DNA from: a virus
Reading direction: 5' to 3' (one strand)
IMG/VR virus record: IMGVR_UViG_3300037424_002120
Span: 1-64,000 of that record
Length of the DNA stretch: 64,000 nt
Below the pieces are notes generated by a model that had not been told where the DNA came from, did not search any database, and was given only the letters and a program-made list of their open reading frames with translations. The number at the start of each line of letters is the position of its first letter. The first letter of the stretch is position 1. This document shows, piece by piece, positions 37,495 to 47,463 of this stretch. Both the position numbers and the translations under genes were made by a program.

Positions 37495-37913
37495 TAAAAT
37501 CCCTCTGTTCTGGCCTTCTCAGAGGCCCTTTCTTTTGCTTTTAGGACGTTGCTCACAAGGCGCACACGACCTTTAAGGTCTGTTTGCCTGAGACCCACAT
37601 CAACGGTAGTCTCAAGGACCTCCTGGATGCTATCGACCTCGTAGACTTTGTGGAATTCAGATTTATCAGCTCCTCTAGGGCCTGTACGGCCCTTGCCGAT
37701 AATCTCAAAGCGCGTACCATCAGGAAGCTCGAAGATGGTTTCGACCCATGTCTTACTTTTGTCGTTGCTATCATACCATCGGGTATTCACGACGTTTTTC
37801 TTTACTTCGAACATCCTCTTCCCGTCATGTTCACCCCCAACAAATTTGGATACGACACTGGCAGAGCTGGTTGTGTGGCTCTCTGAGCCGGTTTCAATTA
37901 AAATTTTTGTCAT
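37494..37913 (-). CDS. Hypothetical protein, first gene of the acrIII-1 operon
   Basis: SD AGAAAGGA; stop overlaps the acrIII-1 start. Confidence 0.7.
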   Translation of the reverse strand: MTKILIETGSESHTTSSASVVSKFVGGEHDGKRMFEVKKNVVNTRWYDSNDKSKTWVETIFELPDGTRFEIIGKGRTGPRGADKSEFHKVYEVDSIQEVLETTVDVGLRQTDLKGRVRLVSNVLKAKERASEKARTEGF

Positions 37914-37929
37914 CAAACGTCCTTTCTGT

Positions 37930-37991
37930 GTTTGTAAGTCACTCAATCAACTTACAAACGAAGTATAGCTCCATTTGAGTGGAGTTGTCAA
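37930..37991 (-). promoter_or_regulatory. Promoter with an inverted repeat in the spacer and a 5' hairpin
   Basis: TTGACA-18-TATACT; CTCCA-N6-TGGAG in the spacer; GTTTGTAAGT/ACTTACAAAC hairpin just downstream. Confidence 0.75.
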
Positions 37992-38060
37992 TGATAAAAC
38001 GTGTATTTCATGCAACTTTTCGGAGCCTGTCAGACCCGTTATACACGTACGTTGCGGACA

Positions 38061-38100
38061 AAAAAAAAAAAGAGAGGTAGCCATCAACTACCTCTCTTTT
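38061..38100. terminator. Bidirectional intrinsic terminator
   Basis: A-tract, AGAGAGGTAG/CTACCTCTCT stem, T-tract. Confidence 0.8.
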
Positions 38101-38110
38101 ACTTCAAATG

Positions 38111-38851
38111 TTATTTGAAGTACTCATCTGCATGAATAAAATCAACACCAGCCGCCTTTGCAGCTTGCTCATCCTCATCACGGTCACCAACCATCAGCGT
38201 GTCCTCTGGGAGGATATCCGCGTCATTCATAGCCTCCCACAGCATCCCAGGACCTGGTTTACGCCTGTCGCTGTCTTCTCTGTATTGATCAAGAGAGGCT
38301 TTGGGATGGCTATAGCAGACATAGAGCCTGTCAGGATAGACACGAGCCTCTATGCACATCCTGGTCAGCTCATCCTGGATATCCTGAGATTTCATATATC
38401 CGAAAGCAACCCCACCTTGATTGGTGGCTATGGCGACGATTATTCCGCTATCGATCAAGGAATGGATCCTCTGAAGACGGCGTGGGAGCCACTTCCAGTC
38501 ATTGGCAGATTTACGGAATGTTTCACCGCTTTTGGTTCTAACTAAAGTACCATCTGCCTCAGATATGACCAGTTTGTACGTCTTCAAGCGTGTTGTTAAT
38601 CCCGTCGTTTCTGGAACTTTATACACATATTCACTCGGAGCCACGTACTTTGACCAGTTACTTTCCTGAAATTTTTGCATTCTCTGTTCCTTCGTTTTGT
38701 CTTGTTCTGCTCTTTTGGCAAATTCGATCAATTCTTTCGAGAAATTTGCCAAAAACCCCATTTGCTCTTGAGAAGACAATAATCTTAAATGCCCTGCCAT
38801 GACTTGAAGTATAGCATTAAGCTCCAAATCATCTGGGATGTCTTGTTGCAT
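38111..38851 (-). CDS. HAD-IIIA phosphatase (polynucleotide 3'-phosphatase/GmhB-like) with an N-terminal extension
   Basis: EADGTLVRTKSGETF...DW, TNQGGV, RRKPGPGML, MVGDR..D..AA..AG. Confidence 0.85.
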   Translation of the reverse strand: MQQDIPDDLELNAILQVMAGHLRLLSSQEQMGFLANFSKELIEFAKRAEQDKTKEQRMQKFQESNWSKYVAPSEYVYKVPETTGLTTRLKTYKLVISEADGTLVRTKSGETFRKSANDWKWLPRRLQRIHSLIDSGIIVAIATNQGGVAFGYMKSQDIQDELTRMCIEARVYPDRLYVCYSHPKASLDQYREDSDRRKPGPGMLWEAMNDADILPEDTLMVGDRDEDEQAAKAAGVDFIHADEYFK

Positions 38852-39170
38852 TGTGTTATCCTTTCTAATGATGCTCATCATGGATACATTCACCGTCCTT
38901 GAAAACACGATAGCTTCCTACACGCTCATCCACCGGAATACGTTCCAATTTATTTATGAACTGAAAACGAGACATGGTATTTGCTTTTGCTTCGTGATCA
39001 GGTTTAAACCCTTTTGCAGCTAAATCACTCAAAACGGATGAAACGTTCTTCTTATCGACAATGATTGAATGCTTGTACACTGTGTTGTCCTTTCTTTCCT
39101 CCTTGCAAGGGGTGCTATACAGGGAAGAAATCGTCGGGCGCTTCTTGCTCAGGAGTCAATTCTAAGTCAT

Positions 39171-39219
39171 CAAACGTCCTTTCTGGATACCCCTGCCCTT
39201 TAGGCATGGGGTCCCTGAC
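39171..39219. mobile_element. 49-bp solo-hairpin derivative of the IscB-type IS
   Basis: TCAT|CAAACGTCCTTTCTGGATA-hairpin-TCCCTGAC; left and right ends identical to the 36261-36674 element and fused at one hairpin. Confidence 0.85.
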
Positions 39220-39224
39220 GGTGT

Positions 39225-39512
39225 CTACCTTTCCTGGTCATCTAGATCAAGAGCGTCAATTGCCGCATCAACTCTTCTGACTTTGAGTGGGGCCTTTGAT
39301 GGCTCTTTCTCAATCTTCTTTATTGACTGTGGCTCATAATGGTGGACAGGAAGCGCTTGGCTAGAGGACTCTAGCCAAGCGATCACGATGTAACGGATAA
39401 CTTCTCCCCGTGTCGTTCCCATCTTAGAGCAGATGGCATCCAGTTTGATGAGGGCGTCTGAACCCTCATCAAACCAAGTGCTTACTCGTACTCTCCCTCG
39501 TTTAAGCGGCAT
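39225..39512 (-). CDS. RHH DNA-binding protein (ParR-like adaptor)
   Basis: RVSTWF...LDAICSKMGTTRGEVIRYIV; overlaps the parM stop. Confidence 0.7.
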   Translation of the reverse strand: MPLKRGRVRVSTWFDEGSDALIKLDAICSKMGTTRGEVIRYIVIAWLESSSQALPVHHYEPQSIKKIEKEPSKAPLKVRRVDAAIDALDLDDQER

Positions 39513-40587
39513 AAGTCACCTCCCATATAGTAGCCTTTCTACGTTGGAGAGAGGCGGCTATATCCGCATATCCAAGGGCATTAGCAATCTCTGGTCTGCT
39601 TACAACCTCCACTTTGTTGGTGTCAATGATCTTTCGAACAATCTCCTCAAAGTAGTAAGCACCACCCCCTGCAAGGAAAACACGGTCATACTGGGCGGCT
39701 ACTACTTCCCCGTCACTCGCAAGGTTCTGGCTAATAAAATTCCGAAGCGATCTGCCAGCTCTACGGATAGAGTCGGCTATAGTGCTTTCAATCTCACTCC
39801 CGTCTATACCGTAGGTGGTCGGACACGTGCGACTTTTAACATAAGATCTAAGCAAGCTATGAGATTTACGCTCAAGCCCAACCTTTCTCTTGACTCCAAA
39901 TGCTACCAAGTCATCAACAATCTGCCCGACTCCTAACTCAATCCCTACGCATTTATTGATCAATATTTTTTGTCCGTCTGCAACAATAAGATCAATAGTG
40001 CGCTCCCCGATATCAATAACAACCTGTTCATCATTGCTGTCACCACAGTGGATGAGTATTCCTTGTCCCTCAGTGGCCACATGCCCAACCTTTATAACAG
40101 CCTCTCGTGGCATGCCATTAAAAGTGAACTGATAGCGGTTCTCTAGAGAAGACTTAACTCTTTTTCTGTTCTCATTTGAATAAAGAGTAACAGGAAGAGC
40201 CGTTACGAGCCTTAACTCGAAAGACTGGTCAGGGATTAGAGTTGCTGCAAGCGTCAGTAAAAGGACTACAGAGTGCTCAGACCAATAACGATTTTGATCC
40301 CCTAAAGCAGCAGTTGCCCGACCTTTGATCCCCTCCCTCACAAGTTTACCTAAGTAGTAGTTTGTATCATTAAAGTTGAGAACATATTCATCGTCTTCAA
40401 TTACCTGTGAAAGATGAGGATCGTCCTCTTTACCGCGAGTAAGGAGCTTAACGATATCTCCTTCTGAAATGACAGAAGGGATTGTTTTGATATCCACGTC
40501 ACCATAAGATGTGGCAACTGCAAGCGTTGCATCTCCGCTTCCTGGGTCAAAACCTGCATAATAGACAGGTTTACGAGGACTGTACAT
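39502..40587 (-). CDS. parM: ParM/StbA-family actin-like ATPase
   Basis: GFDPGSG, LVTALP, EG.G, VIDIGERTID, LAGGGA, ANALGY actin-fold motifs; SD AAGGAG. Confidence 0.9.
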   Translation of the reverse strand: MYSPRKPVYYAGFDPGSGDATLAVATSYGDVDIKTIPSVISEGDIVKLLTRGKEDDPHLSQVIEDDEYVLNFNDTNYYLGKLVREGIKGRATAALGDQNRYWSEHSVVLLLTLAATLIPDQSFELRLVTALPVTLYSNENRKRVKSSLENRYQFTFNGMPREAVIKVGHVATEGQGILIHCGDSNDEQVVIDIGERTIDLIVADGQKILINKCVGIELGVGQIVDDLVAFGVKRKVGLERKSHSLLRSYVKSRTCPTTYGIDGSEIESTIADSIRRAGRSLRNFISQNLASDGEVVAAQYDRVFLAGGGAYYFEEIVRKIIDTNKVEVVSRPEIANALGYADIAASLQRRKATIWEVTYAA

Positions 40588-40607
40588 GTATTTTTCTCCT
40601 TTGTTTT

Positions 40608-40768
40608 TAAGTACGCTCTCTGGCGTACTTAGTTTACACTTTTCTTGATTTCTATGATCCAGTGAGTAGTTTCTACTCACTTTGTGCGCTCTATAGCGTA
40701 CTTAGACTATACACTACAGGATTAGTGTTGTCAATAGCGCACTTTCTACCTACTTTCTACTCACCCTC
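40608..40768. repeat. Degenerate 11-bp repeats around the parM promoter (parC-like centromere)
   Basis: TAGCGCACTTT/CTACCTACTTT/CTACTCACCCT in tandem, plus TGGCGTACTTA, CTACTCACTTT and TAGCGTACTTA; promoter TTGACA-17-TATAGT (40734-40706). Confidence 0.6.
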
Positions 40769-41370
40769 TTCCTGGCAGCTTTCTTGCGTTTCAAGCCAGC
40801 GGCTCTCTCTCGCTTGTGGAGGTCAAGCTTGCGCTCCCTATGCTCAAGAGCTGCTCGCTTGCGGTATCCGGCCTGTACCCGCTTAACCGTCTTGTGAGCG
40901 CTCTTGACAGCCTTGACGGTGCCTTTTGCTGTACGGGCAATAGCTTTACTGGTGGACTTAAGAGCCTTAACGGCAAAGCGTCCAAAACGGTCCCTGGGGT
41001 GCTGACTTTCCTTGTAGGCACCACCTTGCAAGGGGGATGCTGCTTTCTTGGCAGTTGAGGGATGGGCTTGCTTTGCCCTTGGAACTGTCCGATTTTTGCG
41101 GACAGTTCGATTTGCCACCCACTCATCACGTGCAATCTCCGATGGACTCCGATGATCAGGAAGCTTGCGGCCTGGCTTCATGGGCAAATCGGACATGCGT
41201 CCCATGAAGCGTATACCTTCTTGCCTTTCATGCTCTTCTACGCGCATTCGACGATATTTTGCATCGATGCGTTCCTGTTCCTCTTCACGAGCAATTTCAC
41301 GGAGAGTTTCCCTGGTTCGAAGGGAATCCCTTCTGATTTCTTCATGGGATCGTGGATCGTAGTATGCCAT
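40750..41370 (-). CDS. Highly basic hypothetical protein
   Basis: Arg/Lys-rich with an HPRDRFGRF motif; follows the FtsK-like gene. Confidence 0.6.
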   Translation of the reverse strand: MAYYDPRSHEEIRRDSLRTRETLREIAREEEQERIDAKYRRMRVEEHERQEGIRFMGRMSDLPMKPGRKLPDHRSPSEIARDEWVANRTVRKNRTVPRAKQAHPSTAKKAASPLQGGAYKESQHPRDRFGRFAVKALKSTSKAIARTAKGTVKAVKSAHKTVKRVQAGYRKRAALEHRERKLDLHKRERAAGLKRKKAARKRVSRK

Positions 41371-41373
41371 TAT

Positions 41374-42942
41374 TTAAAATCCTTCCCTGTCACAAATGTG
41401 TTTTACGACTGGGTAAAACTTGTTATTGCGGGGTGGCTTCATTGCCATTGGGATCTTTGCGCGAGTTACTTTGCCGTCAAGGATAAACTGAACCCGCGCA
41501 ATCTCGATAATTTGCATTTCATCGTCTAGTGAAAACTGGGGAATGCTTTCACTGCTCTTCACAGCTTCATTCACCGTGCTTTCTGGCATTCTCAGAAAAT
41601 CTTCATCGACCGCCGTATCTGCGGTGTCTGGTGAAAGCGGTGAATGCTCGTGAATGCCGCTGTAAGGCTCAGTGAAAGACTCTCTCATCATCCCCAATCT
41701 CGCCACTTCTTCGAGCGCCTTCTCGTCGGGATATGGCAGCTGCATGCGGTAGGTAGTAGCATTTGGCATGAGGATAATTTCCCCCCTTTGCAAGCTTGGG
41801 GCCTGTTTTGCGTCCTCAAGTTCCAGAATATTCTGTGCTCGCTCTTTTCTCAGATTGAAAGAAACAATAGCCATAGAGTCGCGCACTTCTGTATTTCCTG
41901 ATCGTGTAGCTTTCGGTATCTGTCCAAAACAGATAACTCTACACCCCTTCTTACGGCCTCGTGTTGCGTACTCTTCTGACATATCCAATATCTCTTTGCC
42001 AACGTCAGCCCACATCTTGCCCTCTTTGCCAGCATGACGCGCAATCAAGGTGAATTCGTCAATAAGAACAAGCAGCTTGTTATTACCGTATTGCTCTATA
42101 ATTTGCCTCGCAATGGATACTGCCGTTTTTGCTTTGTCTGGCGTATCTGCAATCGGGCAAAGCATGAAAGCCTCTTGAGCCAGGGGACCTAATCGAGTCG
42201 TGAGGGACTGATCAGCTTCAGACTCTGGGTCAATCACAATGATCTTTCCGCCTTGCAAGATGGTTAAGGCTGCTAAGTAGGTGCCAAAGGTACTTTTGCC
42301 ATATCCTTGATCCCCAAACACAAAGACCGAATTGAAGAGGTTCCCTTGCACATCAAAAATCTTTGCACGGAACGGCTCTCCATCCATGTATCCAATGATG
42401 CTCGTATCTTCATTGGGGCTTGTTGAGCCAAAATTCAGCTGCTCTGAAAGAGTAAAAGCCTTTGGGGCTTCCAGAAGCCGAACATCATCTTTCTCCTCCT
42501 CCTGATTAATGTTGTACTCATTGTTGTTAGTTGATCCTGTCTTAGGATCTGTTGAGCGCTGCACAAAGTCGCCATCAACATACTCCGCATTAAATCCATA
42601 TAATTCTGAGTTGCGCACTGCAATGCTAGTATGCTTGTTTAATGCCCCTATCTTGGCTAGCCTTTCAAGCTTCCAGATCTTATGCTTGTCTTGCTTTACA
42701 TGCCAATGCCATCCAAGGCAGCACAGGCCATAGATAGCAAGAGCACTGCATACAAAAATGACGGCGCCTCCGTGCTCTTTCCACGCCCACTGCACAAATA
42801 GATATGCGAGAAAAAGCAAGATTGTGAGCAAGATACCAATGAGCAGCACAATCTGCTGTACAGCACTGGCAAAACCATGGTGAAAACCGCTTGACGGCCC
42901 GCTCTCTCGATATTCATCGCGGTGCCTATATTCGCTAGTCAT
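41374..42942 (-). CDS. Membrane-anchored FtsK/HerA-superfamily ATPase (TraB/SpoIIIE-like)
   Basis: Two N-terminal TM helices, GDQGYGKST Walker A, IDPE, LIDEF Walker B, GRKKG, Q sensor. Confidence 0.75.
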   Translation of the reverse strand: MTSEYRHRDEYRESGPSSGFHHGFASAVQQIVLLIGILLTILLFLAYLFVQWAWKEHGGAVIFVCSALAIYGLCCLGWHWHVKQDKHKIWKLERLAKIGALNKHTSIAVRNSELYGFNAEYVDGDFVQRSTDPKTGSTNNNEYNINQEEEKDDVRLLEAPKAFTLSEQLNFGSTSPNEDTSIIGYMDGEPFRAKIFDVQGNLFNSVFVFGDQGYGKSTFGTYLAALTILQGGKIIVIDPESEADQSLTTRLGPLAQEAFMLCPIADTPDKAKTAVSIARQIIEQYGNNKLLVLIDEFTLIARHAGKEGKMWADVGKEILDMSEEYATRGRKKGCRVICFGQIPKATRSGNTEVRDSMAIVSFNLRKERAQNILELEDAKQAPSLQRGEIILMPNATTYRMQLPYPDEKALEEVARLGMMRESFTEPYSGIHEHSPLSPDTADTAVDEDFLRMPESTVNEAVKSSESIPQFSLDDEMQIIEIARVQFILDGKVTRAKIPMAMKPPRNNKFYPVVKHICDREGF

Positions 42943-45900
42943 ATCCGATGTTCCTCCTCTCTTTTTTTTTGATATTGCACCAATAAGAACTTAATCATCA
43001 ATAAAAAACATTTTACAACCGTTGCTGCTCCTATTAACCAATTAATGATCTCTACTATAATGCCAAATATTGCAATAATAATGCTTATAATAGCTTGAAA
43101 TATCTGAAATATAGCGTTACTACATATAAATCCACCTGAAAATAATTCTGATATAATCGCTTCTTGCTCTTTATGAGCAGATAAATGATTAATCATGATT
43201 TTTGTCCTCCTGAGATATGGAATGGGCGGGATAAGCTTATCCCGCCCATGAACTTCCTGCTATACGCATATTCTTATGCTTGACATATCAAATTTATCAC
43301 CTGGAACAAGATGTCGCGCACTCCGCTGTAGTAGAGTGCGTGCGTCTTCGGTTGTCGCGCACTCTACTACAGCATCTCCCACCACCTCACCTTTCTCATT
43401 CACGATCAGAACTTTGAATTTCTTGTTGACTGTGCTCATTCTTATGCTCCTAACGCTGAATAAGATCAAGAGAAGCTTGCAGTAGAGCAAGAATTGGATG
43501 ATGCTCATCTTCATTGCTTTCGGTCGACGATTTCAACAAAACGCTCTCTATATCTCTCTCTCGGAGATGCTTTGTTACACAAAAAGTATTTACTGCCGTT
43601 TCCTGGTCATCGGCAAGCCACTCGTACCGCTTTCCTTTGACTGTGAAGATAAATCTTTGCGAATATGACCCCCTCTGGGGTGAAGGAATGTATTTTGCCA
43701 TCTTGATGTCCTTTCGTGCTAAAATGCACAGTAGCTAGCCGCCAATGAGCGAGCGAGCATGCGGTGATGAGAGGCGCTTTTCTAGGGCATTCCCTCTCAT
43801 CACTTCTTCTTCCAAGTTCTTTTACGCGTTAAATACCACATTACGGGAACGAACATAATAAGCGCGTACCACGCTAAACCGCTCATGCACTCTTCCCCTT
43901 GCAAGGGGTGAGGAAGTGCGACGCGGGCACTAATTGCTTGCAATCGGGGCACCGAACTGTGATAATCTTGCGCCCGATTGCAATGATACGCTTACTGTCT
44001 TTCTTTTGCATATTTACCTTTATACCTCTTTTCGTCCCTAAAGCGTTCGACATACGATGGTACGCGGTCAAACTGGCGTTGAGAAGACTGGATAAGCAGC
44101 TCTTCAGCGTGCTCATCGCAGATCCCGTGTGAATTATCCTCGTCAGAGCACCATGCACACGGCTCTTGTTTCGTCTTGATCATCAAGCGTCCTTTCTAAT
44201 GCGGGAAATGAGAAATTGACATAAAACACCTGCATAAACCGCAATAATAACCAGAAGTCTCATCATGGTCATTAAACGATTTGATATGCTCTCTCGACTT
44301 AAACGAGAAAGCCTTATTGTTTAAGTCTTTATTCCACTCCTCAGTTGATATAGAGTCGTCTGAATCATATGGTGCTGGTCTTCGTCCTAGCATGTTTTAC
44401 CTCTTTCTGTGGTGTGATGAAATGTAGCCGTAAAGGGACGGCCCGCCCACTAAAATTTTATCTACGGGATTTCAAATGATCTCTCATCTTCGCGATACGC
44501 TCTTGATGCATCTGTACTCCGATAGCATCGCTGTGATGCTCTGCTTCCTTCTTGAAGAACTCTTGCTCTTTTACGCGTTTTGCAAGAGTTTCGTCTGTTA
44601 GGAGGTGATCCTTGACGGTTGGGTATTTTTTCATTTGGGTTTCCTTACTGTATCAAGAGCCGCGCTTAATCCTTCGTGTACCTCTCGTGACTCTAGTGAG
44701 CCCGTTTCTGACAAAGTCCTGTTCGCCCTTCGCTCCATACGATTGAGTGTGCTCTCACTGAGAGTACCATTCTGTACTTTCTCTACGGCAGTATCATGGA
44801 TGTGGTCTTGTAAGTTTTTTGTCATGTTAACCTCTTTCTGCTCATTGAGCACTATTCGGGCATTTTTACCCGTTCCAGGTCGCTGCGATTGTAACGACCT
44901 GAGTCGATAAAAACACGCTACTTGCCGCACTTCATATGCTGCATTTGCAGGAATGCAAACTTGCTATTCTCTACGGAATAGAGATTAATCAAATCTACAA
45001 TAACACTTTTTAATTCGGCAATATGGGCCATGGCCTCTGGGTTGGTCGAAGTCTCATTAAGACCTCTTTTTGTGAACTTCTCTGAAGATACATTATACAT
45101 TGTATGTATCTCATCTAGCGTCTTACTCATGCAGCTTACTTATCCTAAAGTGCTGCGATACCTGCCTTCAGCTTGGCTATTTCTTTAGATATCTTTTCTC
45201 TGTCTTTTAGCCACGACTGCCTCTCATTAGGCCCCACGGAACTCTGCGCAAATCTGAATGTATCCGCGTGTTTTTGTTCCAATATGAGGATCTGTTTCGT
45301 TAATTCTTTTTGTGTTGGTAACATGGTTTCTCCTTTTGTGCTGTTTATCAACATTGTGTCGATAATTGGTGGCTGTAGCATGAACTACGCGCTGTCTTTA
45401 GCAGTGCCACCTTTACAAGCCGCACGACTTCAAGTCTGCTATACTTGTTGCGAGAGCTTCAATTCCAGAAAAATAGGGAGTTGAACATTGTAGCGTGGCA
45501 GTGCGTTAGCTGCTTCTTATCTCCGCTTCTCACCTGGAATATCTTATATTGTTTATGATCATTACTCAGCAAAACGATGCTTGCTGGCTATTTAACGCAC
45601 TACGAGAACTTTCCCATAATGAGCGACGAACATCTTGAGTGCTCCGAACGGCGGTCCGTTGTCGCTCTATGGACTATGCTGTTGCCCAACCTCGTGGTGA
45701 GATGTGGATATCAGCCTCCGCTCTCAAGCTAGAAAGAGCGGCAAGGATCTCGTCCTCAGTGAGAATACAATTCTTCCTGATGTCCTCCGAAAACGCTTCG
45801 TTGCCTTTGTCCTGGAGATATATAATGACCTCCAGTACTGTCACCTCATCGTCTGTCATCTGTCTTGTCATGTCTTTTTGCCTCTTCTTTACTTTACTTG

Positions 45901-47013
45901 TGGTAGTCACCGGTGTCGCCATCGTCCTCGTCCTCCATGATGCACTGAGGACACATTGCGCCTCCGGCCCTTAACTGCCATCCTTGTGTCTTAAAGATTG
46001 CCGTCGCTTTTTGAGGAGCAGCCTCCTGAGTAACCACTCTCCTTCCGCAACTTCTGCACTCTACTTGAGATGCTTGCACTGTCGATAATCGCCATTTATC
46101 CATTATCTTTCCTCCCTTTGTAACCAACAAAAGAGCCAGAAACCGTTTTACTGGCTCTGGCTCTTGGCTCTGGCTCTATTAACTATTTTGTCGTCCTATG
46201 CGCTTTTTGGACACTTTGCTATTTGTTGCCGTGGTGCTGTGTCGTCCATCATGCGCAATATTTGCTCTCGTGTGAACTGATGAGAGATGCAGCATCTTTT
46301 GCACCACAAGAACAATTTGCCGTTCTCGACATATGCAAGGTCCTTTTGCGAGCTTGCACATCTTATCGCTTCTTTCATCGCTATGCCACCTGGCCTACGA
46401 TGTATCGTGAAACATCCTCGTCTTGCAGCACGGTCACAGCGCTTGCCTCGACCCACTGTCCGTTACGAAGCTCGTACCAATCGTAGTGCACATTGGCACA
46501 ATCAAGACGATTGATAAGCGGCCATGCGGCCTCGAAGCTCTCAAACACCTTGTTGACCAGTGTACCTTCAGCGTTGCGGTACACGATCTCAGTTCTTACC
46601 ATTGCTTTATATCTCCTTGCATGCATGCTGCCTAAATCCGTAGGCGCTAACCAACTTTTCGCACTTCGTACACTTGACTGCTACAATAACATTCTGCTCT
46701 TCAAACTCAATGGCCTGTGCTAACACTTCGTACAAGCGCCTTGCTCGTGGCTTTACGTCAGACCATTGGATTGCATTTTTGTTTCCAACACGGTAGCTTT
46801 CATGCAAGTCCTGTGCAGTGATCATCGAAAAATTCCTTCCTACGCCAATCCACATGGATTGAACATTGCTACATAGGCAGCTCTGCGCTCTGCATCAGTC
46901 AACTCTGCTTCGCTTTGCAGAATGACAAACTCGTAACGCCCGTTAACGCGCCGGATGATGCGGATTGGCATTGGTCGCTCTGTGGTGTCGATGGTTGCTG
47001 TCTGTGTTATCAT
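42939..47013 (-). CDS. Long leftward run of small hypothetical genes (e.g. 42939-43196 hydrophobic, 43450-43701, 44196-44393, 44918-45130, 45674-45922, 45894-46103, 46196-46378)
   Basis: Co-oriented short ORFs with GAAAGG/GGAG SD sites, several CxxC zinc ribbons; individual functions not recognised. Confidence 0.5.
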
Positions 47014-47090
47014 GGTTTCTATGGACCTTTCTTGGTTCTAACTGCCTCGCTCGCTAAACTGTTTGATCGACTCGACTAGCGAACGAGGTT

Positions 47091-47282
47091 TTAACTTGCT
47101 ACCGGCAATACACCAGTAAAACTATCTAAATCAGATTGCTTGTACAGTATTCGACGCCCAGATTTTGGCTTGTATGCCTTTATCGTTGGTTTTACATTTC
47201 TGTAAAACATGATGCGTGTAATTTCAAGATGCCTAGTTGCGCTAGATGCGTTATGGTATATCTCTCCTGCGATAGTGACCAT
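47091..47282 (-). CDS. Excisionase/Cro-like HTH protein
   Basis: YHNASSATRHLEITRIMFYR...GRRILYKQSDLD; SD AAGGAG; promoter TTGACA-17-TATACT. Confidence 0.7.
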   Translation of the reverse strand: MVTIAGEIYHNASSATRHLEITRIMFYRNVKPTIKAYKPKSGRRILYKQSDLDSFTGVLPVAS

Positions 47283-47300
47283 TGCTTTCTCCTTCACTCG

Positions 47301-47437
47301 ATACAATTTACTCTACTGACACAGTATACACAACTGACACAGCGTTGTCAAGGCTTTTTAAGACCAGTTTTCAAAGTCCTACACAATTGACACAACTTCG
47401 TGTATACTAGTTTCATCGAACTAAACACAATTGGCAC
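47301..47437. promoter_or_regulatory. Divergent promoter region with ACACAAYTGRCAC operator repeats
   Basis: Copies at 47328, 47381 and 47425, and ATACAATTGACAC at 48406 over the primase promoter. Confidence 0.7.
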
Positions 47438-47463
47438 GGTAGCCACAAAGAAAGGAATAATCT

